Positions 16,621-26,077 of a DNA stretch of 64,000 nt are shown piece by piece. Below the pieces are notes generated by a model. That model had not been told where the DNA came from. It saw only the letters and a list, made by a program, of their open reading frames with translations, and made no database searches. Both the position numbers and the translations under genes were made by a program. The stretch spans positions 5,457 to 69,456 of the forward strand of contig JAEYBE010000026.1 of the NCBI GenBank assembly GCA_023404495.1, given 5' to 3'. This DNA comes from Actinomycetes bacterium (GTDB taxonomy: Bacteria > Actinomycetota > Thermoleophilia > Solirubrobacterales > JACPNS01). The stretch's first letter is position 1; each line of letters opens with the position of its first letter.

Positions 16621-19027
16621 CGCCGCAGAAGTCGTCCGGGTCGTCCGGATCGCTTTCGATGACCGGACGAAACTCGATCGTCGCGGGGCCGATGCGGTGG
16701 TTGCGATCGGCTTCGCTCGTGTGATTCTCGGGCTCCACCGCTTCGACCGGCTCGGGAAACTTTGCGACTACGAGGTCCGGAACAGGGCGAAGCGGTTGCG
16801 GCTCAACGGCCTCGGGCGCCTCGGCCGGCTCTGCGCGCTGCTCTGGTTCAGGAGCATCCTCGCGGCGCAGGAACTGACGACTCCAGGCAAGCTGGGCGGC
16901 CTCTTCGGCGGAGGTCTCGGCGCCGGGCACGTCGTACTCGACGGTCATCTGCGGGTCGAGCGGGATCAGCGGCCGATCCGCCGCATCCGGGCGGACGATC
17001 CGCAGTGCCGCGGCCTCAGCTTGAGAATCCTTGGCCGATTCGACAGCAGACAGGTGCGAACGAACGTCGCGCGCGATCGGCGTACTCGCCGCCTCGTCGC
17101 TCGGCCGCTCGGGGTGGAGAAAGTTCTCGTCCATGATCTCGCGGAAGTTCTCGCGCTGCTCGTCGGCTCCGACCTCATCGTCGCTGCGGCGCACAGCCGG
17201 GCCGCGGCCGGTCGGGACTCCGAACTCTGGGATCGGGAACGCGGGATCGACTTCGTCGACAGCTGTCGCAGGCGGGGTGATCTGTTCAACGACGGGAGGT
17301 GCCGCCGGCACCGCCGGCGCGTCGGCGACCGGCGAGAAGTCGAACGTGAAGCCGCTCTCCCCATGGGCGTCGCTCAGCGCGGGTCGTTCGGCGACCGGCC
17401 GGCGCTCAGGAGCGGCGTCCCACTCGGGCGCCTCGAGCGCGGGCGGCTCGAGTTCGGACTCAGGCTGGACGGCGGACTCAGGCTCGGGGCTGACCCGCGG
17501 CGCCGGCGCGAGGTCCTCTGCCGGGTGGAGCGTCCAGACGTTGTCATCTGGCTCTGCGGGTTCGGCGAGCGCCTCGGCGTCCTCACGGGTGTCGATCGCC
17601 TTGATCTCGGCGGTGTCGTCAAAAACCGAGTCGAACTCCACGGTCTGCGTCGGGTCGACCGGTGCCGGTGCGCCGGGGTCTGGCACCGGCTCCAGGTAGA
17701 CGGGGTCCTCGGCGACGATCTCGTCGCCGGACGGTTCGCCATCGGCCGCCAGGATCTCGTCGGCGAGGCTCTTCAGGTCGGTCGAGAGATAGCCACACAC
17801 GAGGTCATGGAGCAGCGCGCGCAGGTGACGCTCAGCGCCGGCGATCACATCCAGCGGTGCGAACTTCTCCAAGCGCTTGCGATCGGCGCGCCCGACGCTG
17901 CCGTTCACAGCCAGGCGTTCGAGTGCAAAGGCCGCCTCGATCTGGTCGCGCACGTCCTGGCGCTCGTGGTCCTGCGCGCACAGCGCGGAGATCCGGGCCG
18001 GAAGCGCAGCCTTGCCACGATCGTCTTCGGCTTCAAGCAGCGCGCGCAGCGCCAGCAAAAAGTCAGTCAAGCCGTCGGCCGGCACGGTGCGCTCGAGACC
18101 GGTCTCGAATCGCTTGAGCGACCAGGCGATCCGCGTGCGGCGCTCAACCCGGCGCACGGCGTTGACGAATTGACGCAGTTCTTCCTCATCGCTCGGGCGC
18201 AGTTGCCAGGCGTCTTCGCGTGAGCGGCCCGAGAATGGCATCGAGACCTGGTGCCAAGAGCCCGCGATATCGGCCTGGGCGGTCATGCCCAGCGCAACGC
18301 TGCCCGGGCGAAACAGCCGCAGAGCGGTCAGCAGGGCGCGCGCGGACAGGCGCACTGCAGGCATCGGCGTGGGAGCATCGGACGGCGCCGTGACCGAAAT
18401 CGAGCAGTAGCTGTCGGCGCCGGCCGAGCTGTCGGAGAAGCGCTCGGCGCAGGTCGGGTCAAGCTCTTCGGCCGCGATCATCTCGACGCCCGCGCCGAGG
18501 TTGATCGAGCCCTCGCTCAAAGCGACGCCATGCACCGGGATGAAGACCGTGGTCACGAGCCGTTCGGCCAGAGCGACTGACTCAAGCTCGACATAGGCGC
18601 GCTCGAAGCGCTCATCCCAATACTCAAAGCGCTCGGCGCTCTCCCAGACCGCGGAGAGAAACGCCAACACGCCTAGCCGCGCGTGCGTCAGCTCTCCGAC
18701 GTCGAGCACCGGCTCGTTGCGCACGCGCAAGTAGGCGATCACGCCACGCGTTCGTGCGAGGTTCTGGGCGGCGTTCTCAAACGTCGCGAGCCGGCGAAGC
18801 TGGTCTGCGTGCGAGGCGACGAACTCGGCGGTGAGCGGCCGGTAGGCGAACATCGTGACCGGCCCGCGTGCACCCGGGGCCTCGCCACCGGGTCCAGACT
18901 CCCCGACCTCAAACGGAATCTCGGCGCCGCTCGCAAGCAGGTCTTCGAGCAGCCGGGAAGCGTCCTCTGTGAGCACGCGCAGGGAGTCATGGAGCATTCG
19001 ATCGCGCATGCAGGACGGTTTCTGCAC
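16613..19027 (-). CDS. Hypothetical protein: ~440-aa structured N-terminal domain plus ~360-aa acidic Pro/Glu/Ala-rich disordered tail
   Basis: 804-aa ORF with consistent GC3 bias. I recognised no motif. The start may be Met7 or Met11 (19009/18997). Confidence 0.6.
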   Translation of the reverse strand: MQKPSCMRDRMLHDSLRVLTEDASRLLEDLLASGAEIPFEVGESGPGGEAPGARGPVTMFAYRPLTAEFVASHADQLRRLATFENAAQNLARTRGVIAYLRVRNEPVLDVGELTHARLGVLAFLSAVWESAERFEYWDERFERAYVELESVALAERLVTTVFIPVHGVALSEGSINLGAGVEMIAAEELDPTCAERFSDSSAGADSYCSISVTAPSDAPTPMPAVRLSARALLTALRLFRPGSVALGMTAQADIAGSWHQVSMPFSGRSREDAWQLRPSDEEELRQFVNAVRRVERRTRIAWSLKRFETGLERTVPADGLTDFLLALRALLEAEDDRGKAALPARISALCAQDHERQDVRDQIEAAFALERLAVNGSVGRADRKRLEKFAPLDVIAGAERHLRALLHDLVCGYLSTDLKSLADEILAADGEPSGDEIVAEDPVYLEPVPDPGAPAPVDPTQTVEFDSVFDDTAEIKAIDTREDAEALAEPAEPDDNVWTLHPAEDLAPAPRVSPEPESAVQPESELEPPALEAPEWDAAPERRPVAERPALSDAHGESGFTFDFSPVADAPAVPAAPPVVEQITPPATAVDEVDPAFPIPEFGVPTGRGPAVRRSDDEVGADEQRENFREIMDENFLHPERPSDEAASTPIARDVRSHLSAVESAKDSQAEAAALRIVRPDAADRPLIPLDPQMTVEYDVPGAETSAEEAAQLAWSRQFLRREDAPEPEQRAEPAEAPEAVEPQPLRPVPDLVVAKFPEPVEAVEPENHTSEADRNHRIGPATIEFRPVIESDPDDPDDFCGGV

Positions 19028-19084
19028 GGCGAGTCGGCATCCTTCCGGACGCCAGCACGAAGGACTCGGCGCGGTGCTTGCGCG

Positions 19085-19480
19085 CTAAGCGGCGACGGCT
19101 TGCTTGGCGCGTGCCCGAGCTGCCTCGCGACCCTCACGGCCGCAGAGCTCGCCGAGCCACTGCTCGCCATAGCCGCGCATCGCATCGACGATCGGGATCA
19201 GCGCCCGGCCCTTCTCGGTCAGCGCGTATTCAACGCGCGGGGGAACCTCGGCATAGGTGCGACGCTCGACAATCGCGTTGCTCTCAAGCTCGCGCAGCCG
19301 GAGGCTGAGGGTTCGCGGACTGATCCCGTCAAGCGACCGCTCGAGCTCGCAGAATCGCGAGTCGTGCTCGGCGAGATCGCGGACGATGATCGCCGTCCAC
19401 TTGCTGCAGAGGATCTCGGCCGTGGCGCAGACGCCGCAGGTGCTGTTGTCGACAGCGGCGTTGTCGGTCTTTTTGGCCAT
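19085..19480 (-). CDS. HxlR-family winged-helix transcriptional regulator
   Basis: ORF track trimmed to ATG 19480 (MAKKTDNAAVD...). Contains the HxlR signature ILCSKWTAIIVRDL...RFCELERSLDGISPRTLSLRLRELESNAIVERRTYAEVPPRVEYALTEKG. Confidence 0.8.
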   Translation of the reverse strand: MAKKTDNAAVDNSTCGVCATAEILCSKWTAIIVRDLAEHDSRFCELERSLDGISPRTLSLRLRELESNAIVERRTYAEVPPRVEYALTEKGRALIPIVDAMRGYGEQWLGELCGREGREAARARAKQAVAA

Positions 19481-19494
19481 ATACAAAGGATAGC

Positions 19495-19520
19495 GCTGAT
19501 ACTTCACTTAGTGAAGCAGC
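19495..19520. promoter_or_regulatory. Perfect 15-bp palindrome CTTCACT-T-AGTGAAG (flanked by GCTG/CAGC); candidate HxlR operator or weak pilT terminator
   Basis: Read directly. It lies 21 nt upstream of the hxlR ATG and 9 nt downstream of the pilT stop. Confidence 0.35.
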
Positions 19521-19528
19521 GCAACGTG

Positions 19529-20767
19529 TCAGGAGCCTGGTGGCTGCGGGACCGCGCCGCCGCCGTGCACGCCGGCACCGTGCATCGCGTGCGACTGGCC
19601 TGGCGCGGTGCTGTTCTCGGCCTCGGCGGCCGCCTTGGCTTCTTCGCGGGCGCGATCGGCCGCGGCCATCACCTTGTCCATCGATTCGTCGGCGCCGCCG
19701 GCGGCGACGGAGAGCTTGAAGTCATTCGGGCTGGTGGCTGCCCGCATCGCGACGTCCATCGTGATGTTGCCTGCGCGCAGGTGCTTGAGCAGCGCCTGGT
19801 CGAAGGTCTGCATCCCGTAGTACTCACCCTCGCCGATCGCCTCTTCGATCTTCCCGGTCTGCTCTGGGTCCTCGATCATGTCCTTGATACGGCTGGTCGC
19901 GACCATCACCTCGACGATCGGCACACGGCCCTTGCCGTCGACCGTCGGGACGAGGCGCTGGGAGACGATACCCCGGAGCGTTCCGGCGAGCATCGCGCGC
20001 ACCTGCTTGTTCTGGTGCAGCGGGAAGAAGTCGATGATGCGGTTGATCGTCTCGGTTGCGTTCAAGGTGTGCAAGGTTGAGAAGACGAGGTGTCCGGTCT
20101 CGGCCGAGCTCAGCGCAGTGCGGACGGTCTCCTCGTCGCGCATTTCGCCGATCAGAATCAGGTCCGGGTCCTGACGCAGGATCCGGCGCAGTGCTGAGCC
20201 GAAGGAATCTGTGTCGGAGCCGATCTCGCGCTGCTGGATGATCGACTTGTTGTCGCGGTGAAGAAACTCGATCGGGTCTTCGAGCGTGATGATGTGCTTG
20301 TGCTCGGTGTCGTTTATCTGCTTGATCATCGCTGCGAGCGTCGTTGACTTACCGGAGCCGGTGGTGCCGGTCACGAGCACGACTCCTCGCTCTTCCTGGG
20401 CAAGCGCCGTGACGGCCGGCGGAAGCATCAGCTCCTGCACGCTCTTGATCTCCATGCCGATCGCACGCATCACGATCGAGCACGATCCGCGTTGCGTGAA
20501 GGCGTTGACGCGGAAGCGCGCCACACCGGGCAGCGGATAGGCGAAGTCGACCTCGGCGTTCTGCTCGAACTCCTTGAACTTCTCCGGCATGTCGCGCGTG
20601 ATGTGGCGCAGGACCTCAAGCGAGTCCTCCGGCATCACCTTTTCGCTGTCCGGGATCGCCGTCAGAACGCCGTTGAGGCGCATCATCGGCGGGGCCGGCA
20701 CCTTGATGTGCAGGTCCGAACCACCGACTTCGAACATGTGCCTGAGCGCTGCGTCTACATCGACCAT
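19529..20767 (-). CDS. pilT: Type IV pilus retraction ATPase PilT-like, with a ~50-aa Ala/Gly/His-rich C-terminal tail
   Basis: ORF track 19529..21151 trimmed to ATG 20767 (MVDVDAALRHMFEVGGSDLHIKV...). Walker A GTTGSGKSTT, Walker B LILIGEMRD, His box GHLVFSTLHT. Confidence 0.85.
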   Translation of the reverse strand: MVDVDAALRHMFEVGGSDLHIKVPAPPMMRLNGVLTAIPDSEKVMPEDSLEVLRHITRDMPEKFKEFEQNAEVDFAYPLPGVARFRVNAFTQRGSCSIVMRAIGMEIKSVQELMLPPAVTALAQEERGVVLVTGTTGSGKSTTLAAMIKQINDTEHKHIITLEDPIEFLHRDNKSIIQQREIGSDTDSFGSALRRILRQDPDLILIGEMRDEETVRTALSSAETGHLVFSTLHTLNATETINRIIDFFPLHQNKQVRAMLAGTLRGIVSQRLVPTVDGKGRVPIVEVMVATSRIKDMIEDPEQTGKIEEAIGEGEYYGMQTFDQALLKHLRAGNITMDVAMRAATSPNDFKLSVAAGGADESMDKVMAAADRAREEAKAAAEAENSTAPGQSHAMHGAGVHGGGAVPQPPGS

Positions 20768-20852
20768 ACGTTCAATCGCTATCGGCACCCTGGACGCGCG
20801 CTTTAGCGCATGAAAGGCGTCCAGAACGGCTATGTCGGCGCAAACGCGGTCG

Positions 20853-21974
20853 CTAAGCGACTTCGCGCAGGCCCTGCGACCAGCTGAGCTTGCGCAGTTT
20901 GCGCAGCGAATGGGTCTCGATGTGCCGCACGCGCTCGCGCGTGATGTTGAACACCTTGCCCACCTCGTCCAAGGTCTTTGGCACTTCACCACCGATTCCA
21001 AACCGCAGTTCGAGGACGCGGCGTTCGCGGTACGAGAGGTTGGCGAGCGCGCTGTGGAGGTTCTGCGTGCGCAGCGAGTCGGCCGCCGCGTCGAACGGGT
21101 CCGGAGCGTTCTCGTCGGCCACGAATTGTCCGAACTCCGACTCCTCCTCATCGCCGACAGGCTTCTCCAGCGAGATCGGTGTCTGCGCTAGACGGCGGAT
21201 GTGCTCGACCTCCTCGACCTTGAGCTCTGTGGCGCGTGCGATCTCCTCGACGGTCGGTTCGCGACCGAACTCGCTGAGCAACTGGCGCTCGGCGCGCGTG
21301 ATCTTGTTCAGGCGCTCGACGACGTGCACGGGTATGCGCACGGTGCGGCCCTTGTCGGCCAGAGCACGCGCGATCGCCTGCCGAATCCACCAGGTCGCGT
21401 AGGTGCTGAACTTGAAGCCCTTGCGGTAGTCGAACTTCTCCGAAGCACGCACCAGTCCGAGCGTGCCCTCCTGGATCAGGTCGAGGAAGCTCAGCCCTTG
21501 GTTGCGATAGTTCTTGGCGATCGAGACGACCAGCCGCAGGTTGGCCTCGACCATCTTGTCCTTGGCGTCCATGTCACCGCGCTCGATGCGCTTGGCCAAC
21601 TGGACTTCTTCGGCGGCAGTCAGCAGATTGACGCGGCCGATCTCCTTGAGAAAGAGCTGCAGCGAGTCGGTCGTGGTCGACTCGGCGGCGGGGCTCTCGG
21701 CAAGGCGACGCTTGCCTGAGCGCCGAGCGATTGCGGCCGTCCAACCAGCCTCGCCGCTGTGCGCCTCATCCATCTCATCGAGCACTTCGATGTCGGCGGC
21801 CTCGAGCCAGCCACGGAGGATTTCAGGCTCGACGTTCTCGACGCCACCGTCGGCCGCGAGCGCCATGGCCTCGCCGAGTGTTGCGACGTTCTTTTGCCGG
21901 CAGGTCTCGATCAGCAGTCGGACTTCATCGGACGTCTCGAGAGCGTCGTCGCCGTGGATTTCAATCACCGACAT
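20853..21974 (-). CDS. sigA: Principal-type sigma-70 factor (RpoD/SigA)
   Basis: ORF track 20853..22364 trimmed to ATG 21974 ([10 protein letters not shown]...). Region 2 [56 protein letters not shown]. Region 4 [28 protein letters not shown]. Confidence 0.9.
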   Translation of the reverse strand: MSVIEIHGDDALETSDEVRLLIETCRQKNVATLGEAMALAADGGVENVEPEILRGWLEAADIEVLDEMDEAHSGEAGWTAAIARRSGKRRLAESPAAESTTTDSLQLFLKEIGRVNLLTAAEEVQLAKRIERGDMDAKDKMVEANLRLVVSIAKNYRNQGLSFLDLIQEGTLGLVRASEKFDYRKGFKFSTYATWWIRQAIARALADKGRTVRIPVHVVERLNKITRAERQLLSEFGREPTVEEIARATELKVEEVEHIRRLAQTPISLEKPVGDEEESEFGQFVADENAPDPFDAAADSLRTQNLHSALANLSYRERRVLELRFGIGGEVPKTLDEVGKVFNITRERVRHIETHSLRKLRKLSWSQGLREVA

Positions 21975-22242
21975 AGGAGCACTTCCTGACCGTTTGTACA
22001 AACCGCCTGCGGACGCGGTATTGGTTGTTCTTCCCCCCAGAGCCAGCTTGCAAAACGTGCCGGCACCAGACTGCTGCTTGCCGGCCGGCGGTCCTATCGC
22101 GTGAACCGCCCGCCTGAAATCCATTCTAAGCAGATCTGGGTGATCGGTGGGGGTGATTTTTGAAACTTTGGACGGAAGTACAGCGGTAACTGGACCGCTG
22201 TCCAGTTTTGGTTGCCGACCACGCGGTAGTCTGCCCTCTCGG

Positions 22243-23907
22243 ATGAACGATGGGGTCACATCCGCGGCGCCGCCGGTCAGCGCCGAACACGGGGGCAAGC
22301 TTGTCGCACGGCGGCTCGAATCGGCCGGCGTCACGAAGCTCTTCACGCTCTCAGGCGGGCACATCTTCTCCGTCTACGACGGCTGCCGCGAGCGCGGTAT
22401 CGACATCGTCGACGTCCGCCACGAGCAAACCGCGGCGTTCGCCGCCGAGGGCTGGGCGAAGGCGACGCGCACCCCCGGCGTTTGCGCCCTGACCGCCGGT
22501 CCGGGAGTGACCAACGGTATGAGCGCGATCACCGGCGCGTTTGAGAACGAGTCGCCGATGCTTGTGCTTGGCGGCCGCGCACCGTCGTTCCGCTGGGGCC
22601 AGGGCTCATTGCAAGAGATCGACCACGTGCCGTTTATGAAGCCGGTCACGCGCTTTGCCGAGACGCCGCAGAGCACCGACGCGATCCCAGGGACGATCGA
22701 CCGCGCGCTGATGGCCGCGTGCGGGACGCCGGGCGGTCCGGCGTTCGTAGACCTGCCGATGGATCACGTGTTCATGGAGGGCGCCGTATCCGAGGACGAA
22801 CTCGCGCTCCCCGATCCGCTGGCAGCGTCGGCCGCCGACGGCAACCTGATTGATCGCGCGGCCGCTCTGCTCGCCTCGGCCAAGCGGCCGGTGATCATGG
22901 CCGGCACCGGCCTGTACTGGGGCCGCGGTGAGGACGAGCTGCGCGCGAGCTCGGAGCAACTTGGGATCCCTGTTTTCTTGAACGGTCTCGGCCGCGGCTG
23001 CCTGCCCGCCGACCACGAGCACTTCTTCAGCCGCGCGCGCGGCACCGCGTTGAAGGGCGCCGACGTCGCGTTGGTGATTGGGGCGCAGCTCGATTTCCGC
23101 CTTGGATTTGGCGGTTCGTTCGGCGAAGAGACGGAGCTGATCGTGCTCAACTCCGCGCCGCCGAGCAAGCGCACCGAGCGCGAGATCGCTGTCGAACTGA
23201 TCGGCGGCATCGCCGCTTCGCTTGCCGCGCTGCGCTCGGGCGGCGGCGAGTTCACTGATGCCCGCCGCGAGTGGATCGCACAGCTGGCCGCGGTCGAAAC
23301 GGAGAAGCGCTCTGGCGAAGCCGAGCTGCTGGCGGACTCGCGCGCGCCGCTCCACCCCGTGCGCGTCTACGCGGAACTCGCACCGATGCTCGACCGTGAC
23401 GCGACGATCGTCTGCGACGGCGGCGACTTCGTCTCGTATGCCGGCAAGTACATCGACACCTACGAGCCCGGGCGCTGGATGGATCCCGGCCCGTACGGTT
23501 GCCTGGGCACCGGTCCCGGCTACGCGATGGCAGCCGCGCTTGCCCGGCCGGGCAAGCAGGTCGTGATGATGATGGGCGACGGGGCCTTCGGTTTTGCGGG
23601 GATGGACTTCGACTCGCTCGTGCGCCACAACATCCCGGCAGTCGCCGTGATCGGCAACAACGGAATCTGGGCGCTGGAGAAGCACCCGATGGAGTTCCTC
23701 TACGGATATTCGGTTGCCGCCGAGCTCACGCCCGGAACGCGCTACGACGAGATCGCGCGCATCCTTGGCGGACACGGCGAACTCGTCGAAAAGCCGGAAG
23801 ACCTTCGCCCGGCGATGGAGCGGGCGCTTGCCTCAGGCAAGCCGGCGGTGGTCAACGTGCTAACAGACCCCGAAGTGGTCTACCCGCGCAGCGCGAATCT
23901 GGCCTAG
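22243..23907 (+). CDS. Thiamine-pyrophosphate enzyme (acetolactate synthase large subunit / oxalyl-CoA decarboxylase-like)
   Basis: ORF track trimmed to ATG 22243 ([30 protein letters not shown]...). TPP motif MMGDGAFGF...VIGNNGIW. N-terminal PYR domain [14 protein letters not shown]. Confidence 0.85.
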   Translation: MNDGVTSAAPPVSAEHGGKLVARRLESAGVTKLFTLSGGHIFSVYDGCRERGIDIVDVRHEQTAAFAAEGWAKATRTPGVCALTAGPGVTNGMSAITGAFENESPMLVLGGRAPSFRWGQGSLQEIDHVPFMKPVTRFAETPQSTDAIPGTIDRALMAACGTPGGPAFVDLPMDHVFMEGAVSEDELALPDPLAASAADGNLIDRAAALLASAKRPVIMAGTGLYWGRGEDELRASSEQLGIPVFLNGLGRGCLPADHEHFFSRARGTALKGADVALVIGAQLDFRLGFGGSFGEETELIVLNSAPPSKRTEREIAVELIGGIAASLAALRSGGGEFTDARREWIAQLAAVETEKRSGEAELLADSRAPLHPVRVYAELAPMLDRDATIVCDGGDFVSYAGKYIDTYEPGRWMDPGPYGCLGTGPGYAMAAALARPGKQVVMMMGDGAFGFAGMDFDSLVRHNIPAVAVIGNNGIWALEKHPMEFLYGYSVAAELTPGTRYDEIARILGGHGELVEKPEDLRPAMERALASGKPAVVNVLTDPEVVYPRSANLA

Positions 23908-23909
23908 TT

Positions 23910-24521
23910 CTACCGCGCCTCTTCTGCCGCTTTTTGGCGGCAGTAGCGGTCGAAATACTCGACGTACTCAGCCGCACCACCGAAAGCGCGCAGACCGCGC
24001 TCGACATCGACGAAGGTTGATAGGTCGGACGCCAGATACTGCGGATGACTCGTGTATCTGAGGATCAGATCGGGCTTCTTTGGGTTTCGGTGCACGTACG
24101 CAATTCCCCGCCGAAGAGCGGCTCGATCCGGCAGTCGTCTCAAATCAAACGGGCGGACAAATACGGGTCCTCGGTGCCCAGTCAAATGGTTGTACCGCAA
24201 CGCGTACGCCCTTAGGCAATTGCCGAAGAAGCGGCTGATGGCCTTGGGATCCTCGCCCTGGCCGATCGTCATGTGCGGGTGATTGTGCATCGTCGCGAAA
24301 GAGGTAATCGAGAGGTCGTGAAAGATTTCCGGCCCGGTTTTGCTCACTGGTGCGCCGGGCAGTCGGCGCCTGACGGTGTCGAGCCAGGCGGCCTTCAGCT
24401 CATCCGTCGCGAACGGAGCAAGGCCTTCGACCGCATGCGAAAACACGTGGTAGTCGGCACTCGGACGAAGTTGCCTCAGTTCAGCGAGAGTCGCTCGTCG
24501 CGGGAGGAATCGTTTGCTCAC
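23910..24521 (-). mobile_element. REP-associated tyrosine transposase-like protein (IS200/Y1 HUH superfamily, COG1943 type)
   Basis: 203-aa ORF with a GTG start. HUH-like block FATMHNHPHMTI, then TGHRGPVFVRPFDLRRL, then the catalytic-Tyr block IAYVHRNPKK. A palindromic unit array lies immediately upstream. Confidence 0.65.
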
Positions 24522-24587
24522 ACCCCGTTAATGGTTGAACCCCGCTCCGTTTACCCCCCAACGAAGAAATATTTCTGCCCGGAGCGG

Positions 24588-24712
24588 GCTTCCTCAGAGA
24601 AAACGTGAGGAAGCCACCCACTTCCTCATCGCCGCACTGAGGAACCCCCGGGCTTCCTCAGCGGATCCTTGAGGAAGCCCATGAGTTCCTCGTGAAAATA
24701 TTGAGGAAGCCC
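24588..24712. repeat. Array of four tandem REP-like palindromic units, consensus (gg)CTTCCTCA-N9-TGAGGAAG(cc), period 32-33 bp
   Basis: Units read directly: 24588-24614 (9-bp stem), 24621-24644 (7 bp), 24650-24680 (11 bp), 24686-24712 (6-7 bp). Stems are conserved and loops differ. A further hairpin CCCGCTCCG/CGGAGCGGG lies at 24541-24588. Confidence 0.7.
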
Positions 24713-24723
24713 GTTGGCGGGTC

Positions 24724-25104
24724 TCAGAACTCGTCGTCGTTGGTCAGCAGGGCGAAGATCACCGCGAAGTTCAGCACCATCACCGTGATCGACCAGATCG
24801 GGTATGCGCCGATCGAGACGAAATGCGTGATGCCTGAGAGCGAGGCGAAGGTGATGCCCAGGATCAAGCCGCGCGCCTTGCGCTGGTAGATCTCGTTGGC
24901 CGCGTAGATCTGCAGTAGGCCGACGATCACGTAGGCGATGCCCCATCCGGTCAGCGATTCGAAGAGCAGCTTCGAGGCGTCAAAGCGCGAGTCGCCGGCG
25001 AGCGCCGCGCCGCCTTCGATCAGGTTGAGGATTCCCGCGAGCAGCAGGACCACAGAGGCGAAGCCAAGCGGGCCGGATGCGAACTTCTTTGTTTGATCGG
25101 TCAT
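24724..25104 (-). CDS. Small integral membrane protein (4 predicted TM helices), function unknown
   Basis: ORF track 24724..25278 trimmed to ATG 25104 (MTDQTKKFASGPLGFASVVLLLAGILNLIEGG...). Hydrophobic periodicity is evident. Confidence 0.55.
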   Translation of the reverse strand: MTDQTKKFASGPLGFASVVLLLAGILNLIEGGAALAGDSRFDASKLLFESLTGWGIAYVIVGLLQIYAANEIYQRKARGLILGITFASLSGITHFVSIGAYPIWSITVMVLNFAVIFALLTNDDEF

Positions 25105-25135
25105 GGGCCGGGATTCTAGGATCGACGCCGGAGCG

Positions 25136-26056
25136 ATGCGCATCGGAGCGGTTGACATAGGGAGCAATTCGACGCGTCTGCTGCTCGCGGACGTCGTGGA
25201 CGGCGCGATCACGGAGATCTCCCGTGAGTCGATCGTGACGCGACTTGGCGATGGTGTCGACGGTTCTGGGCGGCTCAATCAGGCGGCGATCGATCGCGTT
25301 CGCGGCGCGCTCTCGGAGTATTCGGCACAGATCGCGCGCGCTGGGTGCGAGCGTGTCGGCGGGGTTGCGACGAGCGCTGTGCGCGACTCTTCCAACGGGG
25401 TTGAGTTCGCGGCGGCGGTCAGCGGCGAGTTCGGGATTCCGATCGATGTGATCGGCGGGGATCGTGAGGCCGAGCTGACGTTTATCGGGGCGGGCTCGGG
25501 ATCGGCGCTCGCGGGCGAGGGCCGATCGCTGGTGGTGGACATCGGCGGCGGGTCGACGGAGTTCATCGTCGGCGAGGAGGGGCGGTTGCTCTTTCACTGC
25601 TCGACGCGGCTTGGTGCGGTGAGGCAGAGCGAGCGGCATCTTGCGTCCGATCCGCCTTCAGGCGGTGAACTCTCGGCGCTACTTGAGGAGGCCGGCGCGA
25701 TTGTCTCCGAGGCGGTGCCCGCAGAGTTTCGGAGTGACATCGCGCGGGGGATCGGTGTTGCCGGCACGCCGACGGTGCTCGCGGCGATCGACCAAGCGCT
25801 GGTGGAGTTTGATCCCTGGAAGGTGCACGATTATGCGATCACGCTGGAGGCCTGCTCGGCGATGCTCGCGCGGCTGGCCGCCTTGCCGCTGGCCGAGCGG
25901 CGCGAGGTCGTGGGCCTGCACCCCGACCGCGCGCCGACGATCGTCGCCGGGGCGGCGATCCTGCTGGCGACGATGCAGGCGTTCGGGCTGCCTGAGGTTG
26001 TCGTGAGCGAGCACGACATCCTTTATGGCATTGCGCTTGACCTTGCTGCGGCCTGA
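25136..26056 (+). CDS. ppx: Ppx/GppA-family phosphatase (exopolyphosphatase-like, short form)
   Basis: ORF track trimmed to ATG 25136 (MRIGAVDIGSNSTRLLLADV...). ASKHA motifs DIGSNS, VATSAVR, DIGGGSTEF. Confidence 0.8.
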   Translation: MRIGAVDIGSNSTRLLLADVVDGAITEISRESIVTRLGDGVDGSGRLNQAAIDRVRGALSEYSAQIARAGCERVGGVATSAVRDSSNGVEFAAAVSGEFGIPIDVIGGDREAELTFIGAGSGSALAGEGRSLVVDIGGGSTEFIVGEEGRLLFHCSTRLGAVRQSERHLASDPPSGGELSALLEEAGAIVSEAVPAEFRSDIARGIGVAGTPTVLAAIDQALVEFDPWKVHDYAITLEACSAMLARLAALPLAERREVVGLHPDRAPTIVAGAAILLATMQAFGLPEVVVSEHDILYGIALDLAAA

Positions 26057-26077
26057 GGCGGCGGTAGTCAGGAAGGA

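Noticed and set aside
20768-21151. 128-codon N-terminal extension of the pilT ORF. Analogous extensions occur on ORFs at 4281-4448, 5087-5269, 9264-9518, 21975-22364, 40336-40572 and 49653-49742.
   Set aside because: The extensions overlap the neighbouring gene or run through intergenic DNA. Family homology starts at an internal ATG, which often gives a 4-nt overlap or a short gap with the upstream gene.
21975-22242. TPP (THI-box) or other known riboswitch in the 268-nt gap upstream of the TPP-dependent enzyme.
   Set aside because: I could not find the conserved CUGAGA / ACCUGA-type THI-box elements. The enzyme uses TPP as a cofactor rather than making it. Only a small attenuator-like pair of hairpins is reported, at low interest.
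24588-24712. Possible CRISPR array, because of regularly spaced repeats.
   Set aside because: Each unit is an inverted repeat with only a 9-nt variable loop, and the period is about 32 bp. There are no spacers of 25-40 nt between direct repeats and no cas genes in the window. A REP/BIME-like array next to a RAYT gene fits better.
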